Positions 12,306-23,473 of a DNA stretch of 64,000 nt are shown here, piece after piece. Origin of the DNA: Orbicella franksi (Eukaryota); assembly GCA_964199315.1 (NCBI GenBank), contig OZ116705.1, positions 7,440,001-7,504,000 on the forward strand, read 5' to 3'. The translations under genes were made by a program, and so were the position numbers. Below the pieces are notes generated by a model. The model saw nothing but the letters and a program-made list of their open reading frames with translations. It was not told where the DNA came from and did no database searches. The stretch's first letter is position 1; each line of letters begins with the position of its first letter.

Positions 12306-14129
12306 CTTTATGAGCGTTTCTTGTGAAGTTGTGAAGAAATAATAATAAAAAATAGTAATCTTCATTCAAGTGTCATAAAATTTTAGGTATGAAAGCTAAT
12401 TGGTTTGATACCTAGCGACCCCATCGGAGTCGCTAGAATGTGCTTATATGCCCTACGTGATGAATATAGGACATTGGAGAACTTGCACAATTTTGATTTT
12501 GAAACCTTGTGCCAGATCTCTGATTTGATTCTCCAAGGAGCTACTTCACATATTGTTCTCACGAATCTGCAGTGGTTTTTTTTTTAATCAATATTGAAAG
12601 AAGTATTTACAACAACCGCCTAAATCAGGGGATAATTAACCCATCGAAACTCACGAGTTAAATACCCATATATACACACACGCTCGCGCCGTCATCACGA
12701 AATATTTATCTTTTACCGTCGTAACACATCAAAAAAACTCTCACATAAGTTCTTACAATTATATTTATAATTTTTAGAAACACAGGAAGTTGAGTGATTC
12801 AATGGGTTGTTAGAAACACTACGCCCTTCAGTTAAAGACGGACCCCATGGAAACAGTAGGCTTTTTTGACGCCGAGATCCTCAAGTTCCCCGAAGCTTCG
12901 CCTCCGGGAAAATTAAGGGTCGAGGCGGAGGGGAAACAAAACTCGCTGTTTTCCTCAAACCTAAGTTTTCTTATACCTCCCAACTCAAAAAGAAAACAAA
13001 ATTTGAGAAAAAAAAAGAAAGAAATTTGCTTGACGCTGGCTGACACACAAATTTTCCTCGGCTTCAAGATGCGATGAGTGAATGGGTTCCTTAGTAACAC
13101 TACTGAAGCCCTTGAGAAGTTTCAAGGTGCAGGACCAAATTAAATCACGTGCGAGTCAAAAGTTAAAATTTGTTGTTAGGAAGTTAGTGAGTTTTGTTTG
13201 CCCCAGGAGATGTAATGAGTTTTGATCCATGACATGTGAAAAGTTCTCTTCCAATCGGAAAAATGCGTATTTGAGTTGAGAGACAAAGTGGTGTCAGTAA
13301 TCAGTGCTTTTTCACAGAAGGTTGATGTAATGGTTTAATGATCGGATTTTTGACTAACGATACTGTTCAACTTTCAGCGACTAGAGCACCACAATATCAA
13401 TCCAAACGAAAATCGAACGTCACTGGTATGCTAAAAAGAACTTGTGAAACGTAGTACATGAAGAAAACTTTAGCTCTTAGCATTGATGGAAATATTGGCT
13501 TTCAAAATCTGTATGTACTTAGATCCGCTCAGCCTTCGACAACAAGTAACTCGGTCAGTAGATAGTGAGTAGCGTAGCAATGTGCCCTTCTTAACAAAAT
13601 GACGGCCGCTTCTTGGCGTTTTCGAAGTGTCTGTGAAGAGGAGTTAGATAAAGTGAACGACTAGTAGATTTCTAGTAAAACAATTAGATTATTCGTTCTC
13701 GATTTCTATGCGTGATATAGTTGACGCGGGCTGTTTCAACTATATATCACGCATAGTGAATGAAATTACATTAAGTGGGTTTTGTTTATTTTCCTTTTTT
13801 ACATTTGGCTTTCACGGCTTTCACAGTCTAAAAAAGTTGAAAATAATTAGAGATGATTTTTGAACTGGGGCGCGGAAGTAAATTTATTGGTGAACAATAT
13901 AAACAAACCGCGGAACTATCGGTCTGATAGCTTCCCCTTCAAATTTGATGTTCTGAAAATTAGCACATTTGTTTTCAGAACATCAAATTTCCGCGGGGCA
14001 ACTATCAGCCCATAAGTTAATAAAGATGGTGAATTTTAAGCTCGGTAATGCAATGTGAAGGTGAATTAATCAACATGACACGAGCGTGGGACAAAGAAAA
14101 AATTCTGAGTCCCAACTGGCGGGAGCCAG

Positions 14130-16362
14130 TCATTCGTGAGCTTTTTGGTAGTTTCAACGTTGTCAACGCTATTAATGATGTCATCCATGTATGTATTGTT
14201 TATGAGTAGCTCAGATGCTTTCGGGTAATTTTCTTTAGCCATCTCTGCTGTTTTGCGTAGTGCTACAGTTGCTATAGTTCCAGAAGATTTATCTCCAAAG
14301 GAAACCCTCTGAATAACGTACGTGTCTGGTTCTCTAGTTGTATCCATATCCCTCCAGAGGAAGCGGTGCATGTGTTGTTCTATCACTCCCGTTCTGACTG
14401 TGTAATACATTTCCTTGATGTCGCCGATTAATACCAATACATTCTCTCTAAATCTAATGAGTATTCCTAGTAGACTGTTTAAAAGGTCGGGTCCCTTAGC
14501 CCAATATTCGTTTAGTATATACATGACCCATGTAATTGGCACCGTTTTTAAAGACAATTCTTACTGATGTGGATTTGGAGTCTGGCTTTAGCACTTCGTG
14601 ATGTGAAATGTAGTGAGCAGGTCCTTTGTATTTCTGCAATTCTTCTCGAGTTAGTTAGCGAGCTACATCTCTATCTATCATGTCCGGTATCTGTTGTTGA
14701 TAAATTTCAGCGTGTTTCTTATTTTTAGAAAGTCGTTTTTTGGTTGATATTAGCATGCCGAATGCTGCTCTTCTGTTGTCTGGGATATCAAAAGGATCTC
14801 TGATCCAAGGGTATTCTGCAGTCCAGAATTTTTCTTTTGCGTCATGGCCATATTTTTCTCAATTAATACTAACTCCTTTTCTTCCTTGACTGTGTAGGTG
14901 TTGCTACCGAGTGAGCACCTACCGCACTTACATCCACCGCAGCGAGGCTTACATTGTATCCCGAGGTTGTCCATGTTGTAGAAGTCTTCGATTTTTGCCA
15001 TCTTGACATGATGGGCGTCCATAGTTCTAATGAGGGACTTTTCGTTGATTCCCTTGAGAACTTGGTGTGTTCCACCTACGCATCGTCCGAATTGATTTCT
15101 CAATAAAAGTAGATGCCCAGAACTTTGTTCCTTTAAAGGATGGAAGTCTGCGTATTCGTAGCCTATTAAGGTGTCAATCTCTCCGGTGGGCCTTATTAAT
15201 TCGTCCTCGTATACGTGTTTGAATAGTTTAGAGACCCCTTTTATGTCGACTGCTTGAATGGGGGAGATTATCTTGTCGATTCCGTAAACGTCGAATACGA
15301 CTGTTTTGCCCTGCTTGTCAATAAGTGGGAGCTTGTACTTAAAGATGTTCACGTTTTCACTTTCTCCGCCTACTTTGATAATTGACAGTTGCGTTTTGAT
15401 ACCCTTGAGGTTTTCAGCTCTTGCTTTTGCGTTTGTGATAAAACATAATGACGCCCCCGTGTCCCACAAGACGTTTGCGAATCCATTCTTTGTAGGTATC
15501 TTCTGTATTTGGAGTAAGCACGTTTCAATTTCGTTATTGCATACACTTGCAGTACCGCTTGCGGAAACAATGTTAGTTGGGGATATTTTGTCCTGTTCTT
15601 CTTCATGTAGTGTTTTGTGGTGAAGCCTTTTGCAGTCGTTAACGCCACATGGTTTCTTGCCTCTACAGTCTCGAGATCTGTGACCCCGTTTTAAGCAGTA
15701 CCAGCATGCTCCCTTTTCCTTTAATGTGTCACGCCTTTCTTGTACTGGTTTTGAGAGATTATATTCTATTCATTAGTCCAGTGATTAGCACCTTCATGGT
15801 ATAGGCATTTGTTTCGCTTGTAGCGTGATGTATCTTGTCCTTCTAGGATGGTGACTTTGTCAATCCTTTTCTCTAGATGATGAAGTGAGCCCCTTACTGG
15901 AAGGTTGCTGTTTGAGCGTAGTTCTGCGTTTTCGTATTCTATTGCTTGTTTTTGTTCAAGGAGAAATCTTAACAGACTTGGAAATTTGTCTTTTTTATCG
16001 ACGGAACAGTGTTCGGAGCTTACTAGTTTCGCCCACTCTCTTTTCACATCATTTGGCAATTTTCTTTCTATTATGCTCACAGAACTGGTTGTGGTCATTT
16101 CTTTCCCTAGACCCAATCTTCTCAAGTCTCGGTAACCGTCGTCGATGACGTCGATAAATTCGACGAATTTTTTGTTTTCGCCTTCTTTGATGGGTTTCAT
16201 GTTTTGAATTGCACACATTACGACGTCGGCGACTGTTGCAGGATCGCCGTATTTTTCGTCCAGTCTCTTCCACATCGCATTATTATCGTCATCGACGCTT
16301 TTTACCGTATCGGCTGGTTCCTTTCCAAGTCATGATCGGAGAACATATGGTGCGTTCTCGGC

Positions 16363-16393
<31 letters not shown>

Positions 16394-16940
16394 TGTATGT
16401 ATGTATGTATGTATGTATGTATGTATGTATGTATGTATGTATGTATGTATGTATTAATTGATGGCATGATTTGTTTTTCAAAGTCTGTTTTGAATTGTGG
16501 ATAATTTCTTACATCTCCGTGAAATGACGGCATCTTGATTTTTTCGAGTTGTAGCGGACTGCCTTTGTCTTTCACCTTGTTATCGTTTCTTTTAGTCGAG
16601 ATAAATGCTTCGATACGGCGACTGATCTCTTGATGGCGAGCGTGCATGTTTCGAATCCATTCGATTTCCTTTTCGACGTTTTCGTGGTCAAGTAGCTCGA
16701 GCATTGTGTTGTGCAATGTATTACAGCCCGCGAGCGCGATATCTAAATCTCTTTCGGTTTCGCGCAAAGCTTTGGGAGTGTTTACGTCTTTATTTTGTGA
16801 TTCCATCGTGTCGTATGCGTGTTTCACTAATGTGTCAAAGATAGTACCCATGGACTTCTTTTTTAGACTAAATTGTTCCAATAGTCGTCTGAGTTTTTCT
16901 TGTTCAAGTCTCATTGATTCTTGTTTGTGAAATTCTTCCA
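14130..16940 (-). mobile_element. Decayed Bel/Pao internal region, copy 2
   Basis: Same motifs and the same gag lesions as copy 1 (e.g. VLRS* stop at 7684 / 16330). 5'-truncated at 16940. Confidence 0.92.
16365..16454. repeat. (ATGT)n microsatellite, 90 bp, inside gag copy 2
   Basis: Copy 1 reads ggcat|taattg; copy 2 has 90 extra bases at the bar. Confidence 0.97.
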
Positions 16941-16984
16941 CAGAGCGGGAGCTGGGACCTAATGATGCGTGAAGGCGGTGCGCA

Positions 16985-17240
16985 GAAAATGTTGAATGAA
17001 TATTGCACCGTGTTGAGCCAATATTTCGATCGTGAATGTGAATGAATATAAACCGTTGAATGTGAATGAATACATCCCGTAAATGTGAGTAAATATATTC
17101 GTGAATACGAAATACGTCGTTAAATGTGAATTAATATATTTCTTGAATATAAATTTAGTTGTTGAATGTGAATAAATATATTCGTGAATAATAATAATAA
17201 CAACATTAAATGTGAATGAATATTAACTTTGTGAATTTTG
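16985..17240. repeat. AT-rich cluster of ~9 degenerate AATGTGAAT(G/A)AATA motifs
   Basis: Repeated tgaatgtgaatgaata-like units lie between the Bel/Pao break and the paralog 3 ATG. Confidence 0.7.
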
Positions 17241-17952
17241 CACCATTTCGCCAACCATAACCGATGAGGTTGCTTGACATTACTGTAACGTGTTCGCAAG
17301 AAACGGTCAAAGATGCGACCAATATTTGGGAGGATCGGAGGTTTCCGGTTATGGAGCTATGGATTCCTCGCTCTCATCTGCATTGCTTTTAGCATAAAAA
17401 TGCTGGACGAGAGTGAGAAAAATTGGTATTTTGACACCACTGCCAAAGAAAGTCAAATTCGTAATAATGCTTACGCGGAAAACATTAGTCCAACTCCAAG
17501 CATCCCTTCGATAACTATGTTCGTGAGGATGGCAGGCAAACTAAAAGAACACAGGACTCGTTTTTACTGTGATTTTTACAGGACTGCCGTTCTCTTCTGG
17601 CCTGCATCGTTTGGGAGGACCGTAGTGGTTCTTGACGAAGAATCAGTGGAGGATCATGTTTATGCAAATAACTTAACAAGTCAAATCAAACAACACTTTC
17701 CAGATCGCAAACTTGGGGTGGCCTTCGAGTGGTTACCCAACGACGCAAGTGTTTTAAAGTTCAAGGGTGCTCAAAGATCTGAGGGTTACAACCGCCAACT
17801 CTGGAGCAGTTTCTTTATTGATCTATACACAAACGATCCCATTATAGCATGGATGGATAACGATGTTGCATTTCTTACACCCGTAACAAAAGCAACCATA
17901 TTTTACGGCTCAAGGATACGCATCCTGGGTTCTGAGTGCTCTATGAAAATCA

Positions 17953-18994
17953 CAGGCGGCCCAGACGTTGAATATGATTAATACGTGACATTATGCTGTT
18001 GGCGGTTGCGTTACAATTTTAGCCGTTTATAAGACAATGTACGAGAATGCTTCGAAAATTACTCTAAATGCTACGTGTAGAAAATAATGTGAATAAAATG
18101 GCTTACCTTGTGTTTGCATTACGTTATTTTGATGTCTCTGGGTTCCTGGAGATGGTTTAGAGCCATTAAGGCGAGTTTTACTTTCTGGCGGTTTGCTTCC
18201 CCTAACTTAACGACCTCGTCGTCGTGACAAAGACGCCTCCAACCGTTGAGAGGCACGGGGCATTTTTTGATCATGCAAATTGCACCGTGCCGCGGTGTTA
18301 ACTGAAATTAGCGCCTAAAAGCACTGTTAACTGCAAAAATACAAGGAGCAAACAATGTTCAGCTGAATTTAGCGCCTAAAAGCACTGTTAACTGCAGCGA
18401 GAGATGGTAACGAGTAACTGACCAATGCCCCGTGCCTCTCGACGGTTGGAGGCGACTTTGTCGCGATGGCGAGGTCGTTAAGCTAAAAATTCAAATTCTG
18501 TGCCCAAGATAATCCGTTACGGATCGAGACGGGGCAGAAATGGAAAGCAAGAGCTTGAAAACCAGCGATTCTCGGGCGGTTAAGATAAACTTTGGAACCT
18601 TGGGAGAAAGCGAATGGGAAGAAGAGTTATCGACGGCTGCCATGAGACAATTTTGACGAGATAAGACCATTTTTGTGGAATTAACGGAGCTTTGAGTGCG
18701 GGCCGTCGGGCTAGTGGGTCGCCCGCCTTTCGTTTCTCTTTACGGGAAGCAAACCGCCAGAAAGTGAAACTCGCCTAAATGGCTCTAAACCACCTCCAGG
18801 ACCCCAGAGACATCAAAATAACGCAATGCAAACACAAGGTAAGCCATTTTATTCAAATTATTTTCTACACGTAGCATTTAGAGTAATTTTCGAAGCATTC
18901 TCATACATTGTCTTATAAACGGCTAAAATTGTAACGCAATCGCCAACAGCATAATGTCACGTATTAATCGTATTCAACGTCTGGGCCGCCTTTG
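17953..18994. mobile_element. ~1.04-kb non-autonomous foldback DNA transposon with ~250-bp TIRs
   Basis: 17953-18201 is the reverse complement of ~18744-18994. Flanked by the direct repeat tgaaaatca (17944-17952, 18995-19003), which is single-copy in paralog 2. Confidence 0.93.
18203..18485. mobile_element. Nested ~280-bp MITE with ~60-bp TIRs and an internal ~36-bp direct repeat
   Basis: ttaacgacctcg...aggcacggggcatt pairs with aatgccccgtgcct...cgaggtcgttaa. The repeat tagcgcctaaaagcactgttaactgca occurs twice. Confidence 0.75.
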
Positions 18995-19709
18995 TGAAAA
19001 TCAGCTGGGTGCGAAACTGGGCGTGTGTTACCGAAAGCGCACTTGGGTTACCGATGGTGGCAGATTTCATGACGTATTTTCCTGTCTACATTTACCGCGA
19101 CACTTTCACGCACTGCAGAGAGTACATTCTAAAGAGATTTAATACAAGCAACTTTGAAGAAGCTTTTGAGAAGATATATCATGGTGACAATTTGATATCG
19201 CCTGTCAGTGTAGTGATTAGTTACGCTTGGTTCTTCGAGAGAGATCGATACGACTGGAACCTAAAGATATGCAGTGAGCTGAAGTCATACAATAGACGGC
19301 TCCCAGTCGGCCACAAAATTACGCCACAAGACACAGAGGATATTCTGTCCCAGCCGCAAACGGCTTTTCATGTGCCTTACGCAAAAGAGCCCCTTTTCTC
19401 AAACATCTTTAGCAGTTATTGTCTGTCACACGAGGTAGCGGGAAACCCACAGGCCATGTGCTCCAATTATTCAGTTTCACTAGCCGATAACTTTGTTCTT
19501 TTTTACCACGATCTTCAAAGGATCACTCCAGGTGAAACACCGTGCATTGGTAACAAGAAAACTGACCACTGTTTAAAAGTCCTAGATCGCCATTACAAAC
19601 AAGTTGGGTTGGACATCAGAAAAGGACGCAAAATACAATGGGAGGATTTTGAAACGGTCGAAACCCTTGCAAAAGAACTTGACATTATATGCAGGGCTAA
19701 AAATTAACT

Positions 19710-19880
19710 TCAGTGCTTGGTCGCCACTCGGGTCAGTATCCCTGAACTCTTAGTGGCCCAGGCCAAAATGAAGTGGCCCTCAAATTTTCTCGTACAGTCG
19801 GTTACTCTCCAGAACATCGTCCTTGCTTTTGGCTTTTTTCGGCGGCGGCTGTCCACATCCAGAGAGGTATTTCCACATTT
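19710..19880 (-). mobile_element. Possible degenerate N-terminus of a hAT-type (ZNF862/C17orf113-like) transposase
   Basis: MWKYLSGCGQPPPKKAKSKDDVLESNRLYEK, then frameshifted HFILAW. Resemblance recalled from memory only. Confidence 0.25.
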
Positions 19881-20728
19881 TGTATTCCAAACTCGAGCAG
19901 TTTGCCGATATTCGTGTTTCCAAATGTACCGCACAGACCTCTGGGTAAGTCTGGAGTCACATTTCAATAAAATCAAAATGGCGTCTACATATCGGAGTGA
20001 TCTAAAAACTCGATCACGAACGGCTTTAAATTTTGCAATTTAGAACTAACTTTTACTACAGATTGATGAACTTAGAGTTCAGGAAAGAACAGAAAGAAAA
20101 GAAAGGTCCTCCAAGGAAAGAGCATTTTATTTCATCTTTATTGTTATCCTTTGCGTACTTCTCAAATCGTAGTCGTCCTTCGGGCGATCAAACCTCAATT
20201 CTTAGTGGCCCTGGTTTCTTTTTCATCGCCACTGGCGACCGTGCGACTGCCAAGTTTTAACCCTGTATATGTACAATGAAGGCAAAGGAAAATAAAGACA
20301 CTGATTAGAATTGATAACTTGGAGTCACAAGTGTGATTATGAAAATATCGAGGGACCGCACCCAGTATCATCACATGTAGATAAATTTGAAAACGTTTTC
20401 GGCTAAAAATATCATAAAAGCACAAGCTTTCGGCTGCATAAACGGCGGTCTTCAATGGTTGAATGACGAAAGAGGCGCCACCTGCTAAAAGTGTTAAAAT
20501 ATAGTGTGATTGCAAGAGAAAATAATGGAGATGTACTTTAGAATTTTTGCTCAAAAGAACCGATGCTCTATCGTCCTGGGAGTGGAAAAGGGCACAACTT
20601 GTACAGCATTCTTTTGCATAACGTTGTTCCATTGCTCTATTTTATCTACTAATTTGAGTTGATAACTTGAAGTCACAAGCAGTCCTGATTATGAAAGATA
20701 TCAAACTTTATGTTTAATCTTTGGTAGA

Positions 20729-21277
20729 CAATGGCTCTGGGATTAACTTCCTTTTGTGAGCATTTTTATTGTTTGCAGCTTTGAGGCTCTTTTGTTTCTA
20801 GAACAAAAGTTTGAAAGAACCGACGCGTAGCAAATTTTCGAGCGCGAGATTCAAAATCTTCGTTGACGACCAGATGTTGACAATATCACCCTTCTCGGGG
20901 TGGGGTAAGGGAAATTTCGCTCAGAACAACGACAATTTTACCGGGGGTACGGAAGGGAAAATTTGCTTCATGACGCGCGGGCTGTCGAAGTTTCAATATA
21001 TATACAATGGCTCTGGGATTAACTTCCTTTTGTGGGCATTTTTATTGTTTGCAGCTTCGACGCTCTTTTGTTTCTAGAACAAAAGTTTGAAAGAACCGAT
21101 GCGTAGCAAATTTCCGAGCGCGAGATGCAAAATCTTCGTTGACGACCAGATGTTGATAATATCACCTTTCTTGGGGTGGGGTAAGGCAAATTTCGCTCAG
21201 AACAACGACAATTTTACCGGGGGTACGGAAGGGAAAATTTGCTTCATGACGCGCGGGCTGTCGAAGTTTCAATATAT
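20729..21277. repeat. Tandem duplication, 276-bp period
   Basis: caatggctctggg at 20729 and 21005. Near-identical spurious ORFs start at 20811 and 21087. Confidence 0.95.
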
Positions 21278-21715
21278 TTTCCTTCTTCGTGCAAATAACA
21301 AAAAGCTTATTGTCTTAAAAAATTTCAACCATAACAATAGGCAAAGTTTTAGAGATTGCAGCCAGGATGAATTATAATAAAATTTGAAAACGTTTTCTGG
21401 CTAAAAATATTGTTAAAACACAAGCCGGAGTTTCTTCTGATAAAAGAAATAAATAAACTAAAATAATGGCAATAAATTTAAGAATTTTGATAAAAAAAGA
21501 GGACAATACAATATTTTAACGAAAATTCTTAACTTTATTTCTATAATTTTATTGTTTTTAGCCAGGAACGGTTTTAAATTTAACTATGATTATAGTAGCA
21601 ATTTAAAGCCTTATTATCAAACTCAATATATGATCATGGCGTTTGCAAGGTTAGCGTTCTCGCCTCACTATTTGCATCAATCAGTCAATCAGTCTATGTA
21701 TTGACGAAGACCTTA

Positions 21716-21719
21716 CAAT

Positions 21720-21750
<31 letters not shown>

Positions 21751-22150
21751 GCCACAACAACAACAACAACAGCAGCAGCATCAACAACAACAATCCTTTA
21801 TTTAAACAAGATTTGGTTTTAAAGCAATAGGTTTTCTTGTGGGGTCGTGTATCTAGCTAAAAGTTTAAGAAAAACAGAAATATGTACAGTAATAATATAA
21901 TAATTCCACAATTCTAACAATTCTATAATTCTACAATTCTAATAATTTAGAATTCCAATAAAACTGAATTCCATAATTCTAATAAAACTTAAAATCCGCC
22001 ACGTTCTTGCTTTGCGTTTAACCGAGGTCGCATTAAAGTCTAACTGTTTAATAAAAACGTCTTTTCTAACTTTGGCATAGCATTGCTTAAAATCATCAGT
22101 ATAGTACCTGGATATAGTGTTCCAAAGTACAGCACTCCAGTAGCTTATGG
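21716..22150 (-). mobile_element. 3' end of a 5'-truncated non-LTR retrotransposon with a (TTG)n tail
   Basis: Minus strand reads SAVLWNTI (RT C-terminal WN motif), then an AT-rich UTR, aataaag, and the (TTG)n run at 21716-21793. Confidence 0.5.
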
Positions 22151-23138
22151 ATAAAAAAGGATTCACTATATGGCTTTCGGGGAAATTTTTCTCGCGGGAC
22201 TCAGCGGGTAGTCCCGAGTGGGCAAGGTAGCGCCATCTTGCCAGCTTGAGTAGCCAATCACAGCGTAGGATTTGATTTATTATGCTCGCTGATGGAGCTA
22301 GCCATATAATAATCAAACTTACTTCTTCACCGGTCACGGTTTGAAAGCCGATTTTAACTGAGAAGCACTTTTCCCTCTTGGATACTGCACCTTGTTTAAA
22401 CTTACAAGCGCATGTACTTGTGAGTTTGTTGCACTAGCTAAGTCGAATTTATTGACAATTAGGCTGGTTATACAAGAACGAACTTCAAGTTGACCTAGAC
22501 ACATTTACTTAGTATCGATCCTAGAAACTTTTTATCGTTCTGATCGATCATCTGCATGATGTGAGCGGTATTCAGAACTTACACGGCGAATTTCACTCGT
22601 AGAGCAATCTATTTACTATTTTAAAGATCTTTTATTGAACTAATATTGTGGAACGATCTGAATTTTTGTGGAACGATCTAACTTTTTTGTGCAACGATCT
22701 GACCATACAGTGGAACGATCTGATTTGGAGATATGACCATTCCCTCCAAGAGATACGATGATCCCTTGGGATTCGGCGATCTGACCGGATACGATGAAGG
22801 AACAGTAGATCAATGCTTCTAATCCCCGAAAAATATTAAACAGCTATGGCGACAAATAGAGTTTCAACCTCAAAAGAGTTGCTAAACGCCTTAAAATAAT
22901 ACAAAATGAATCGTGCATAGACTGTAGGAGGAGGTTTAGCCGATGTAAACACACGTTTCCCGCCATGGCGAAGAGCCAATCAAAATCTCGCTGTGCTTGG
23001 ATACCACGTGACTCTTCCCATTCCATTACTCAAGACGCTTGCCGGAGTTTGTTGAGTATTCTTTAGGTGATGTTTTTGTTCAAGGGTTATCGCTTGATTT
23101 CTTCTCATGCGTGGACTTTTTATGATATCTGTTGAATC

Positions 23139-23473
23139 ATGGCTAGGCCCATAACGGCGGATTTAAGAAGAGAAAGTATAGATATCCTCAACGTCGGTGG
23201 CCAGTTCGCAGGAAAGCTCTCAGCAAGTAATTCTTGTGACGGAGAAACTGTACCGTTGAGAAGAATTGGCTTGCAACCAGATCAAGATTCGAAGAAGGAT
23301 GGAGAATTCACCGTACAGAATGGACGAAGAACGAAAGATGATAAACGATCGGGATATGGCACTGGAAAGACGTGGGGATTTCGCTCAGATGAATATCGAA
23401 GAATACAAAACTACTGTTACCGTTTTCTCGAGATGCCAAGAGGAATCGGCGAAATTCTGTACCATGCTCTTTT
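23139..23473 (+). CDS. KCNQ: KCNQ exon 1 (N-terminus, start of S1)
   Basis: MARPIT...LYHAL, donor TT|gtgagt, phase 2. Confidence 0.9.

Larger units (their letters stand above)
10618..16941. repeat. Segmental duplication unit 2
   Basis: Colinear with 1-8203 at high identity, same orientation. Confidence 0.95.
17313..19707 (+). pseudogene. Inverted paralog 3 of the putative glycosyltransferase, interrupted by a TIR element
   Basis: The 5' half (17313-17952) and 3' half (18995-19707) rejoin in frame at ECS-MKI-SWVRNW once the insert and one target copy are removed. Confidence 0.88.

Noticed and set aside
12306-12365. 20-aa N-terminal extension of paralog 2 in the ORF track
   Set aside because: Starts at a non-ATG codon and the matching codon in paralog 1 is not annotated as an ORF start; the region looks like a pyrimidine tract or 5' UTR.
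16209-16457. MYVC-repeat ORF
   Set aside because: Translation of (TATG)n.
18540-18660. 38-aa ORF in the core of the foldback element as a transposase remnant
   Set aside because: Too short, with no recognisable motif.
17953-19004. Splicing out the TIR element to rescue paralog 3
   Set aside because: An AG exists at 19003-19004, but the only nearby left donor is a weak GC at 17956 and the product is out of frame. The TIR donor at 18839 also joins out of frame.
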